From NCBI GenBank assembly GCA_945861865.1, contig CAMAWN010000007.1, forward strand, positions 2,047 to 66,046: DNA of 64,000 bases, given 5' to 3'. Every line of letters starts with the position of its first letter. The first letter of the stretch is position 1. Shown here one piece after another: positions 39,543 to 47,862 of the stretch. The position numbers and the translations under genes are program-made. The notes under the pieces were generated by a model. That model had not been told where the DNA came from. It did no database searches and worked only from the letters and a program-made list of their open reading frames with translations. The DNA is from Candidatus Kuenenia stuttgartensis. GTDB taxonomy: Bacteria; Planctomycetota; Planctomycetia; Planctomycetales; Planctomycetaceae.

Positions 39543-41378
39543 ATGCGTTGCGTCACCTGGGCAGCGGTCTGCGCCGTTCTGGCGTTCGGGGGATGTCGCG
39601 ATGCTGAGTCGCCTCGCCGAACCGGGCCAGCGGAAGACGAATTGAACGGTGTGCAAAAGACGCGTGCCCAGGATTTGCAACAGGCCCGTGAGGAATTGAA
39701 GGCCGTGCTTACGAGGCACGTTCCCCCGAACGTTGGCTCGCTCCCGCAGTTCACGGAAGTTGCCGCCAACTGCGGTATTGAATTCACATTTCATACCGAC
39801 GCCATTCCTGGACGTTATTTCCTGCCCGAGATCATGGGGGGCGGAGCCGCTTGGTTTGACTTCGATCGCGATGGCTGGCTGGACCTGTTTCTTGTCAATG
39901 GCAACGAACTCGCGTCCGGAGCCCAGGGACCGAAGCGTCACACCGATGCACTATTTCACAATCGGGGAGGGCAGGTTTTTGAAGAGATCTCGCTTGCCGC
40001 ATCGGCAGGTACGATCGGGTACGGGCAGGGCTGCGCCGTTGGCGATTTTGACGGCGATGGATTTGAAGACCTCTATGTGACCGGCTACCGGACGAGCACG
40101 TTGTTGCACAATCTCGGTGACGGAACCTTCGCGGATGCGACTCCGGAATCGGGCACGCTGAATGAACTCTGGGGTGCGAGTGTCGTGTGGCTGGATATCA
40201 ACGACGATCGAAATCTCGACCTGTATGTGGTGAATTATCTGGATGTCACGTTCGAGAATCAGCAGCATTGCCGTTTCAATGGCGTGGCCGGCTACTGTGG
40301 TCCGGGGCATTACGAAGCGGTCAGCGATCGGCTCTTTTTGAATCTTGGCGATGGCCGATTTCGCGATGTGTCCGATGAAGTTGGAATCGCGATCCCCAAT
40401 GGCAAAGGGCTGGGAGTGACGGTCCTCGACTTCGATCTGGATGGCCAGAACGAGATCTACGTCGCCAATGACATGACGCCGAATTTCTTGTTCCAGCGTC
40501 TGGCGAGTCGTGATCGAGCAGGTCATCCCGATGCGGTGGGAGGGCTTCCGAGATTTCGCGATGTCGCGCCCATTGCAGGCTGCGCCGTCAGCGACATGGG
40601 GCAAAACGAAGCGAGCATGGGCGTCACCTGTGCCGATTTCGACAACAACGGTTTTTACGACATCTTCGTGACAAATTTCTATGCCCAGAAAAACACTCTG
40701 TACCGGAACCTGGGAGGGCTTCAATTTGAAGATGACAGCCGCCGGTCACGCATTGTCGCGATGAGTTACGATCGGCTCGGATTCGGGACCGTGGCCTTGG
40801 ACTACGACCGTGATGGCAGTTCGGACCTGTTTATCGCAAATGGTCACGTTTTGGGGCCCGCGCACAAACCCTTCGAAATGCTTCCGCAGATTCTGCACAA
40901 TGATGGTCAGGCTCGATTCGATGACGTGGGAAGCAGAGCGGGTGATTATTTCCGACAGCTATGTGTGGGTCGCGGTGCCGCCGGAGCGGATTATGACAAC
41001 GACGGTGACTTGGATTTGTTGGTGACGCATCTCGATCGCCCCGTCGCGCTGCTCCGCAATGAGACGGTCACGCGAAATCATTTTCTGGGCATCGAGTTGC
41101 AACGGTCTGACCGTCTTCCTCCGCAGGGAACTCAGGTCATCGTCGAGGCCGGTGGGCGACGAATCTCCAGCATGAGTGTCGGAGCCGGGAGCTATCTGTG
41201 TGCGAGTGATCCACGGCTGCTGATTGGCCTCGGGGACTGGAATGACCGCGTGACGGTCGAGATCCACTGGCAATCGGGCGAGGTCGTTCGGCACGAGAAT
41301 GTGGCCGTGGACCGCTATTGGTTGGCGATCGAAGGGCACGCACTGTTGCCACCGGTCTGGGGAGTTGGGACACCGTGA
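39543..41378 (+). CDS. CRTAC1-family lipoprotein (FG-GAP/VCBS beta-propeller + ASPIC/UnbV), paralogue of 35203..37038
   Basis: 611 aa, the same length as the first copy. The lipobox is AVLAFGGC. The loops are DFDRDGWLD, DFDGDGFED, DINDDRNLD, DFDLDGQNE, DFDNNGFYD, DYDRDGSSD and DYDNDGDLD. The C-terminal segment is GAGSYLCASDPR. Confidence 0.85.
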   Translation: MRCVTWAAVCAVLAFGGCRDAESPRRTGPAEDELNGVQKTRAQDLQQAREELKAVLTRHVPPNVGSLPQFTEVAANCGIEFTFHTDAIPGRYFLPEIMGGGAAWFDFDRDGWLDLFLVNGNELASGAQGPKRHTDALFHNRGGQVFEEISLAASAGTIGYGQGCAVGDFDGDGFEDLYVTGYRTSTLLHNLGDGTFADATPESGTLNELWGASVVWLDINDDRNLDLYVVNYLDVTFENQQHCRFNGVAGYCGPGHYEAVSDRLFLNLGDGRFRDVSDEVGIAIPNGKGLGVTVLDFDLDGQNEIYVANDMTPNFLFQRLASRDRAGHPDAVGGLPRFRDVAPIAGCAVSDMGQNEASMGVTCADFDNNGFYDIFVTNFYAQKNTLYRNLGGLQFEDDSRRSRIVAMSYDRLGFGTVALDYDRDGSSDLFIANGHVLGPAHKPFEMLPQILHNDGQARFDDVGSRAGDYFRQLCVGRGAAGADYDNDGDLDLLVTHLDRPVALLRNETVTRNHFLGIELQRSDRLPPQGTQVIVEAGGRRISSMSVGAGSYLCASDPRLLIGLGDWNDRVTVEIHWQSGEVVRHENVAVDRYWLAIEGHALLPPVWGVGTP

Positions 41379-42652
41379 AGATTCGAGTTTGGGCACTCAT
41401 CGCCGTCGGGATCTTGGGTGTCGGAGGTTACTTCGGCGTGACTCGCATCGGAGCGCTGCGGGCACATGATCGGGCGCAACGCGCGCTTCGACTTCAAGAC
41501 TGGCGGACGGTGCGGAACGAACTGCAAGCCTATCTGAATGTCTTCCCTGCCGATGAATCTGCACGCCTCAATCTGGCCGAGGCCTTCTTCAAGGATGCCC
41601 GGCTGAATCCAGAACGTGCGGTTTCGTTAGCGATCCAACAACTCGAACACGTCCGGCGCGAGTCGGCACTTTTTCCGGCGGCTCGCATTCAAGAGGCGCG
41701 GATGTCTTTGTTTGCTCGGTTACAACCGCAACGGGCGGAGTCTCTCTTGCGCGAAGCGGTGGCGGCTGATCCAGAAAGCGTTGACGCCCATTTTGTGCTC
41801 TGGAAACTGCATGACCTCACGGGCCGATCACACCTTGCCGAGCCGCACTTCCGAAAAGTGCTGGAGGCAATGCCGGTCGAGCAACGGTCCTTCCGGTTGC
41901 GCGAGTGGTACATGAGTCAGTTCTACCCTGCGACGGCGAATCCGGAGATCGATCAACTGATGGGGTTCCTCGAACCGGGGGCGGTGCAAAATGCGGTCAT
42001 GGAGCTTCGCCGTCTGGAAGCGTTTCGTGACCGAGAGCCCAAAGCGGCTTTGAACCATGCTGCTGTTGCGCGGTGGTATTCCCTCGAAGGAGATCCCAAA
42101 GCTGCCCTGCTGCTCCTGCAAAAAGCATTGGATGTAGCAGACGCACCGCTGCAAGAACCCTTCTTCGTGGCAACTTTGACCCAAGTGTTGTTTGATCTGG
42201 GCGAATTCGACAACGCGTTGAAACACTACCGAGCTTGGCCTGGTGACCTCTTGGGATACGAGTATTCCCGCTTGGGTGCCATTCTTGCCGACGAAGTCGA
42301 GCGAGACTACGACCGGGCGATCCAGGGCTATCGAGAGGTGATCACCGTATGGCCAGGCCAGGCAGACTGGAGAATCCAGTATCGACTCGCAAGATGCTTG
42401 GCAAAAGCCGGCGACGAAAGTGCCGCGGAAATCATGCGGCAGCGGGCCAAACAGGTCGAGTTACTCATGGAGGAAGACGTTCACTCACCGCTTCGTCGGA
42501 TGCTGACAACTCCGGACCAGCTTGAAATCTGCGAGCGAATGACGCAATTCTATGAACAATTGGGGCTGGTGTTTGAAACGCAGCACTGGCGAGATCAAGT
42601 CCATCGCCTTCAGCGAGAACGTGATCGCACGGGACGCACGCGAACTCAGTGA
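41375..42652 (+). CDS. Membrane-anchored TPR-repeat protein
   Basis: I use the GTG at 41375, which overlaps the CRTAC1 stop (GTGA). This gives VKIRVWALIAVGILGVGGYFG (a TM anchor) followed by TPR-like helical repeats. The track's TTG at 41318 would overlap the upstream gene by 61 nt and remains an alternative. Confidence 0.75.
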   Translation: MKIRVWALIAVGILGVGGYFGVTRIGALRAHDRAQRALRLQDWRTVRNELQAYLNVFPADESARLNLAEAFFKDARLNPERAVSLAIQQLEHVRRESALFPAARIQEARMSLFARLQPQRAESLLREAVAADPESVDAHFVLWKLHDLTGRSHLAEPHFRKVLEAMPVEQRSFRLREWYMSQFYPATANPEIDQLMGFLEPGAVQNAVMELRRLEAFRDREPKAALNHAAVARWYSLEGDPKAALLLLQKALDVADAPLQEPFFVATLTQVLFDLGEFDNALKHYRAWPGDLLGYEYSRLGAILADEVERDYDRAIQGYREVITVWPGQADWRIQYRLARCLAKAGDESAAEIMRQRAKQVELLMEEDVHSPLRRMLTTPDQLEICERMTQFYEQLGLVFETQHWRDQVHRLQRERDRTGRTRTQ

Positions 42653-42786
42653 CCGCCAACGATTCGACCTGCGCGAAACGGTTGGAGGCTCTGTTCCGGT
42701 CGCCTCTTGAGTCACCGGTTGTTGAACGGCGGTGTGCGGCAAGCATATTTTGAGTTTCTCAGCACAACGAAAAAAGGAAAGTGAAA

Positions 42787-43014
42787 ATGATGATTCTGAA
42801 ACGTACGGTCGTGGCCAGTGGATTGATCCTCGGCATGATGATCTTTGCAGGATGTGGAAGTTCGGAAATCGGCCCGGCGGATCCGAGCAAAGTCCCAGCC
42901 GTTGATCCCGCCGTGATCCAGAAGGAAATGAATAACCCAGAAGGCCAAAAGCATCTGCCCAAGGGTGTCAAGATGCCTGCGAATGTGATGCCGCAGGATC
43001 AATCCAATAAGTAG
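42787..43014 (+). CDS. Small lipoprotein (hypothetical)
   Basis: ATG preceded by AAGGAAAG (the track start is a GTG two codons upstream). The lipobox is MMILKRTVVASGLILGMMIFAGC. The mature part is Pro/Lys-rich. 75 aa. Confidence 0.55.
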   Translation: MMILKRTVVASGLILGMMIFAGCGSSEIGPADPSKVPAVDPAVIQKEMNNPEGQKHLPKGVKMPANVMPQDQSNK

Positions 43015-43046
43015 CGGTGTCGTCACCGAACGGTGCGAACGAAGCG

Positions 43047-43793
43047 TCACTTTGGTCGCAGTCGCCAAGGGACTTCGAGGCCGTGACGTTCCATGAGCGC
43101 CACGTTGCCCAGGATGTCGCGTGTCTGACCAGCGGCGCGAAGTTGGCCGCCATCAAGAAGCAGAACTTGATGGCAAAGATCGACAACGATGTCTAGGTCG
43201 TGCGTCGCGATAATTTGGCTGCCTGAGAATTGTTTGAGGATCGCGATCAGCTTGCGACGTGCTCGCGGGTCGAGACTGCTGAAGGGTTCGTCCAGCGCGA
43301 GCACGCTGGGCTGACACGCGAAGACTCCGGCGAGACAGACTCGCTTGCGCTCGCCAAGACTGAGCCGCAGCGTGCTGCGCGGCTCGTAATCGGCGAGTCC
43401 GACAGAGGTGAGGCTGTCGCGCACGCGTTGCCGCACTTCGTCGTCGGACAGTCCGAGATTGAGCGGGCCGAAGGCGACGTCCTCGAAGACCGTCGGGCAG
43501 AAGAGCTGATCGTCGGGGTCTTGAAACAGAAACCCAACTCGGCGGCGAACTTCGGCAATGGTCTGTCGTGCGACCGGGATATTGTCGATGCAAACCTGCC
43601 CCACGAACTCCGGGAGTTTGCTCGGCAGCAGGCCGTTGAGGTGTTGTAGCAGTGTGGACTTGCCAGCTCCGCTGGGTCCGACGAGGCCGATGATCTCGCC
43701 GGGTGCAATCGTGAAACTGATGTCGGTCAGCACGTCGGGGCCGCCGGGGTAGCGGAACGACAAGTGTTCGACTCGGACCGCAGATTCGCTCAT
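43047..43793 (-). CDS. cbiO: ECF/cobalt-type ABC transporter ATP-binding protein
   Basis: I use the internal ATG (MSESAVRVEHLSFRY...), 248 aa. Walker A is GPSGAGKST, the signature motif is LSLGERKR, Walker B is LALDEP and the H-loop is ATHD. The start overlaps the cbiQ stop (ATGA). The 206 upstream codons of the track ORF overlap cbiQ and are rejected. Confidence 0.9.
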   Translation of the reverse strand: MSESAVRVEHLSFRYPGGPDVLTDISFTIAPGEIIGLVGPSGAGKSTLLQHLNGLLPSKLPEFVGQVCIDNIPVARQTIAEVRRRVGFLFQDPDDQLFCPTVFEDVAFGPLNLGLSDDEVRQRVRDSLTSVGLADYEPRSTLRLSLGERKRVCLAGVFACQPSVLALDEPFSSLDPRARRKLIAILKQFSGSQIIATHDLDIVVDLCHQVLLLDGGQLRAAGQTRDILGNVALMERHGLEVPWRLRPK

Positions 43794-44452
43794 CGCTGAT
43801 CCTCCCGGCGTGGCTCGATCCAGCGTGTGCGGCCGTTCCAACTGCGGGCGAGCATTGCGCCGTGAATTCGATCCGCACGATCGAGCGCGCGGATCAGCAG
43901 ACGCCCGACGAGATGCGCGGCGGATCGCCACGTTTCCCACAACGATGGCTTGCGAAACAAGCGAGCGGAGCGGGCGGTTCGCATTCGGTCCAGTTCGTCC
44001 CAGAGCACGAACAGGAAGCGGTACATCAGCGAGAGAATCGCCAGCAACACATCGGGAACTCGCAAGCGGCGCAGCGTTGCGAGCAGTTGATCGAACGGCA
44101 TCACGTTGACCAGCCACAACGCCGTGCTGAACGACAGCGTGCCGCGCACGAGAATCGTCACGAACAGCAGCCAACCTTTTTGACCGGCCTGCGACAATGG
44201 CAAGCTGATTGCCATCAAAAACAGCGTCGGCCAAAAGAAGAGCAGACGGCGACCGACGTACCGCAACGGAATCCTTGCCAACGTGTGTGCGAAGAAAATG
44301 ACGCAGGCGACGATGCCGACCAGCGGGCCGTGTGTGATCGGCGCACACGTCGCCGCGAGAATCATCGCGACCGCGGCGAAGAGTTTCACGAACGGCGGCC
44401 ACCGATGACACATTGACTGGCCGCGGCCGAAGCGGTCGAGAAAATCACTCAC
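43790..44452 (-). CDS. cbiQ: ECF transporter transmembrane (T) component
   Basis: The multi-TM protein ends ...RADRIHGAMLARSW. I prefer the GTG at 44452, giving VSDFLDRFGRGQSMCHRWPPFVKLFAAVAMIL. This matches the usual CbiQ N-terminus (..LDR......W...P..K) and overlaps the cbiM stop by 8 nt. The ATG at 44413 is the alternative start. Confidence 0.8.
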   Translation of the reverse strand: MSDFLDRFGRGQSMCHRWPPFVKLFAAVAMILAATCAPITHGPLVGIVACVIFFAHTLARIPLRYVGRRLLFFWPTLFLMAISLPLSQAGQKGWLLFVTILVRGTLSFSTALWLVNVMPFDQLLATLRRLRVPDVLLAILSLMYRFLFVLWDELDRMRTARSARLFRKPSLWETWRSAAHLVGRLLIRALDRADRIHGAMLARSWNGRTRWIEPRREDQR

Positions 44453-45461
44453 CGGCGGCCTCACTGAGTTGTGGCGGCGCGGCAGGCAGCACCTTGCCCA
44501 ATAACCACGCGAGGGCAAATACAGCGAGCGTTCCGCCAATCCCAGCGAACGAAACCGCGATCGACTGCCATGCGGCAACCGGAACGGGAACTTTGTCGTA
44601 GTCTTCCAGCAACCCCGGCACATTGCCGGTGAGATTGAAGTTTTCGATGCCAAGCTTGCCGAGCACCGCTTCGAGTCCATCATCAAAGCTTGACGCGAAC
44701 GGCGAGAGGAACGCGGCAATGGCCAGCGCGATGACGAACCCGGCGGCGAGCGTGCGCGTGATTGCCGTAGCCGTAGGATGGACACTCCTGCCCGTCCCCT
44801 CGATCGGACGGGCAGGAGTGCCCATCCTGCAAATCAGCTCCGGCCGCTGATTCAACACGAAGCTGATCGCGACTCCGGTGATCAGCGCTTCGCCAAGGCC
44901 GATCAGCGAATGAAAGCTGACCATCAGCGTGAAGACTTTCGAGAAGTCGATCTCGCGCGGTGACCACGAGAGCCGGAACTCCAAACAGAACAGTGCCGCT
45001 GCCGCCATCACGGTGGCCCAAGCGGCAACCACTGAGCCGATGACGATCCCCTTGCGGCTGTCTCCAAAAAAACGTTGCACGAACATCCGGACGGAGTGGC
45101 CGCCCCAGGCTCCGATCACCGCCATGTGTAGAACATTCGTGCCGAGCGAGAACAAGCCTCCGTCCGAGAACAACGCCCATTGCACGAACAGCACCAGCGT
45201 CATCGCGACACAACCGGCCCACGGCCCGACGACCGTTGCGGCCAGCACTCCGCCAAGCAGGTGTCCGCTCACCGGAGCACCGATCGGGAAATTGACCATT
45301 TGCCCGGCGAAGACCAGCGCCGCCATCATGCCGGTCAGCGGGATCGTCCGATCGCCAACGGATTGCTGCAGCCGATGCACGCTGTAGCTCACCGCACCGA
45401 GCGAGATCGCTCCGGTGGCGGCGCAGACGACCGGACTGAGAACGCCGTCCTGGATGTGCAT
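44445..45461 (-). CDS. cbiM: CbiM/NikM substrate-capture component fused to a C-terminal PDGLE (CbiN-like) domain
   Basis: 338 aa. The N-terminal MHIQDG carries the Met1-His2 metal-ligating N-terminus typical of CbiM/NikM. The CbiM core is about 220 aa and multi-TM. After a linker comes SPFASSFDDGLEAV, a final TM helix and the C-terminus, matching a PDGLE-type domain. Confidence 0.85.
   Translation of the reverse strand: MHIQDGVLSPVVCAATGAISLGAVSYSVHRLQQSVGDRTIPLTGMMAALVFAGQMVNFPIGAPVSGHLLGGVLAATVVGPWAGCVAMTLVLFVQWALFSDGGLFSLGTNVLHMAVIGAWGGHSVRMFVQRFFGDSRKGIVIGSVVAAWATVMAAAALFCLEFRLSWSPREIDFSKVFTLMVSFHSLIGLGEALITGVAISFVLNQRPELICRMGTPARPIEGTGRSVHPTATAITRTLAAGFVIALAIAAFLSPFASSFDDGLEAVLGKLGIENFNLTGNVPGLLEDYDKVPVPVAAWQSIAVSFAGIGGTLAVFALAWLLGKVLPAAPPQLSEAAGE
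44775..44828. repeat. 54-nt palindromic element (two inverted GACGGGCA-N4-TGCCC-type units) lying in frame inside cbiM
   Basis: aggatggacactcctgcccgtcc - cctcgatc - ggacgggcaggagtgcccatcct forms 23-nt arms with a single mismatch. It encodes RMGTPARPIEGTGRSVHP in the cbiM frame. Related units occur at 50945..50996. Confidence 0.65.
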
Positions 45462-46031
45462 CGTGGAAGCTCCGAGTCCGACAAGGTGGGTTGGAGCGAG
45501 GATTCTGCCAGACGATAGGGGCGAATCGCAATTTCACCGCCGTTGGGCTTTTCAAAAGCGTGCAAACCGGGGGCAGGCATTGTCGCATTGTGCCGGCTCA
45601 GCGCTGGCAGTGTCTGTCGTCGACGGGCCTTTCAAGTTAGCACGACGCGCAAGCGAGTGATCTCGGTGCGTACCACTTGCTTGCGCGTCGTGCGAGCGTC
45701 GGACCGTGAATGATCTGAGCGGCAGACATTCGACGGTCAGCGGGCATGGCACATTCGCCACCTTCGTTTCACGCGGTTGAATAGCCATGTTCCGCATGTT
45801 CGCTGCGTGTGCGACGGTGCGAGCAATCGGTGCCGGTCGAGCATCCGTTGTGCGTTGCACGCTGCGCGGGATGTCGGCGAGATGCGGTCGTCGCCACGCG
45901 AACAAACGGCATTTTTGATTCCACTCCGCCGATATCTCCGGGTGATTTCCCAGAATCAACTTGCCGATTCTCCAAGCTTCGTTTGCAGCGTCCGCCGCCC
46001 CAAGGCGTATCGCTCGCAGGAGTGGTGCGAC

Positions 46032-47567
46032 ATGAAATCTCCGTTTGTTCGATTCAGCCGCTGCGTTCGGACTCCGTTGTCGATCGCGATGATTGGACTC
46101 TGCACGTTGTGGGGTTGCCGACACGTTCCCGGTTCTCGTCATGCCTGCGAGGATCGTCCCAAATGCGCGCCGGCCGTCGCGAGCGACGACGAAACTCGTG
46201 GATCGATTGACTACGAAGAGCCGTCGCTGGCCGCCCCCATCAGCCCAGACGTCTCGGAGCCTCCCTTGGTCTCGCTGTCTGAGGGAGATACGTTTCCGTT
46301 GGTGCCGCGTGAAAGACCTGAAGCCACCAGTCCACCTTCGGAACCGGCATTGGCTTCCAAAGAGCCGACTCCCGCCGCAGAGTCCCCGGTGGTCGAGAAG
46401 TCCGTCGAAACGGAAGAGGCCGCGCAGCCAACGGTTGTCGCTCGACCAGCCGTGCGTGAGCTTCCCGATTCGGACTTGGAGTTTCCCCAACCCAAAAAGC
46501 TGGCTCCCACTCCCAAAGAATTGGACGATGATTTTTTCCCCGATCTACCGGAATCGCCGCCGAAACTCGCGATTCCTCCCGAACCGGTTCGACCGACGGA
46601 AGTGGACGACGAGCCGCTATCTGAATTGAGCGTCGAAGCTCCGCCCTCGGCCGCGACGAAGGAATTGGCTTCGGTCGAAAATGACAAAGTGGCTGAGGCC
46701 CTCAAGCTGGCTCCCAGAAAAAAATCTGCTCGCGAAGAGGCCACGGTACCGGCGGTCAACAACGAGGTCTTGTCGTTGGATTCGTACTGCGACGGACTCG
46801 TGTTTGATTCGCAGGGCTTCGGGTATGTGTCGCTTCGGAATCGGATCGTGCGGTTCTCGCCGACCGGTGAATCCTCGGTGTGGACGACACTCAACAGTCC
46901 GAAGGGTCATCGCATCGAACCGGAAGGGACGCACCTGATTTGCGACACCGAGCGTCACGCGGTCCTGCGTCTGTCATTCGACGGCAAAGTGATCGGCGTC
47001 GCCGCGAAGGAATGTGACGGCGCGGCGCTGCGTGCTCCCTACGACATCGCGGTCGATCCGAAAGGGGGCTTCTATTTCACCGATCCTGGCTATGTGCCGA
47101 TCAAGAACCCGATCGGCAAGCTGCACTATGTGGACTGCGGCGGCAACGTCTCGGTCGTGGTTGCGAAAATCGGATATCCGACGGGCATCGCGTTCGATGC
47201 GGAACGGCAACGGCTGCTCGTCGTCGAATCGCTGTTTAATCGAATCGTCGCATTCAACCTCGCGGAGCCGGGCAAGATCGAATCTCACGAAGTCGTCGTC
47301 CAACTTCCGAAGTCGCCCGACAGCGAATCTCACCTCACCAATCTGTGTCTGGATGCTGCGGGGAATCTGTATCTGACGCAGCAGCGGACGAAGGCGGTGC
47401 ATGTCTTCGATCCGCAAGGTCGCCTGATCGGCCGCTTCTCGACAGGCAAGGTGGCTCCGAGTTCCGTCGCTCTGCGCGCCACCGATGCGGCGGAACTGTT
47501 CTTCACCGGTGAGCTTGAAAGCCGGACTCGCAACGGCAAGGTCATTCGGCTGGACCTTGGCAAGTGA
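46032..47567 (+). CDS. Lipoprotein with a C-terminal SMP-30/gluconolactonase/LRE-like six-bladed beta-propeller
   Basis: I use the ATG at 46032 (AGGAG upstream). The lipobox is [30 protein letters not shown] Pro/Glu-rich linker of about 230 aa follows. The C-terminal part, about 290 aa, has family-typical segments ([33 protein letters not shown]). Confidence 0.75.
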   Translation: MKSPFVRFSRCVRTPLSIAMIGLCTLWGCRHVPGSRHACEDRPKCAPAVASDDETRGSIDYEEPSLAAPISPDVSEPPLVSLSEGDTFPLVPRERPEATSPPSEPALASKEPTPAAESPVVEKSVETEEAAQPTVVARPAVRELPDSDLEFPQPKKLAPTPKELDDDFFPDLPESPPKLAIPPEPVRPTEVDDEPLSELSVEAPPSAATKELASVENDKVAEALKLAPRKKSAREEATVPAVNNEVLSLDSYCDGLVFDSQGFGYVSLRNRIVRFSPTGESSVWTTLNSPKGHRIEPEGTHLICDTERHAVLRLSFDGKVIGVAAKECDGAALRAPYDIAVDPKGGFYFTDPGYVPIKNPIGKLHYVDCGGNVSVVVAKIGYPTGIAFDAERQRLLVVESLFNRIVAFNLAEPGKIESHEVVVQLPKSPDSESHLTNLCLDAAGNLYLTQQRTKAVHVFDPQGRLIGRFSTGKVAPSSVALRATDAAELFFTGELESRTRNGKVIRLDLGK

Positions 47568-47862
47568 TCGTCCCGCTCAATCGAGCGGCGAGAAAATTGA
47601 CGCACGACTGGGATCACTGACACGATCGCGACAACCGCAACGCCCCAAAGCGGCCCAGTGGCGTGCGAGAAATTGGACAGGCTCCGCAGAGTGTGCCTTT
47701 GCCGATCGGAGCGGCCGTCGGATTTCTGAACGGGATCGTCGAATGCGACGATCCTCTGATCGCAGTCCTGGACGTCAATCGCGTCCTCTCGTCGCCAGAG
47801 ATGCGGCGATTCGAGCCAACGCGGCTTGCGGATCGTGGCTCGGCTTGCCAACGTATCGCCTC

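Noticed and set aside
43049-45459. An apparent 1-nt disagreement between my hand counting of the printed sequence and the ORF-track coordinates (for example the cbiO ATG and the cbiM stop).
   Set aside because: Frames translated from the printed sequence are continuous and match the track proteins. I therefore attribute the offset to my counting, not to a frameshift or assembly problem. Track coordinates are used for CDS.
45462-45760. A cobalamin riboswitch upstream of cbiM.
   Set aside because: It was expected from the gene context. On the minus strand I find only scattered partial matches (ACACTGCC, ATGCCTGCC, GGTGAAAT), in the wrong order. There is no GGGAA...GGTG.AAA.CC core or intact B12 box. 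I cannot support the call without an Infernal scan.
45552-46490. A 312-aa minus-strand ORF covering the cbiM upstream spacer and the start of the lipoprotein gene.
   Set aside because: It overlaps a supported plus-strand gene in antisense. It is Arg-rich and has no motifs.
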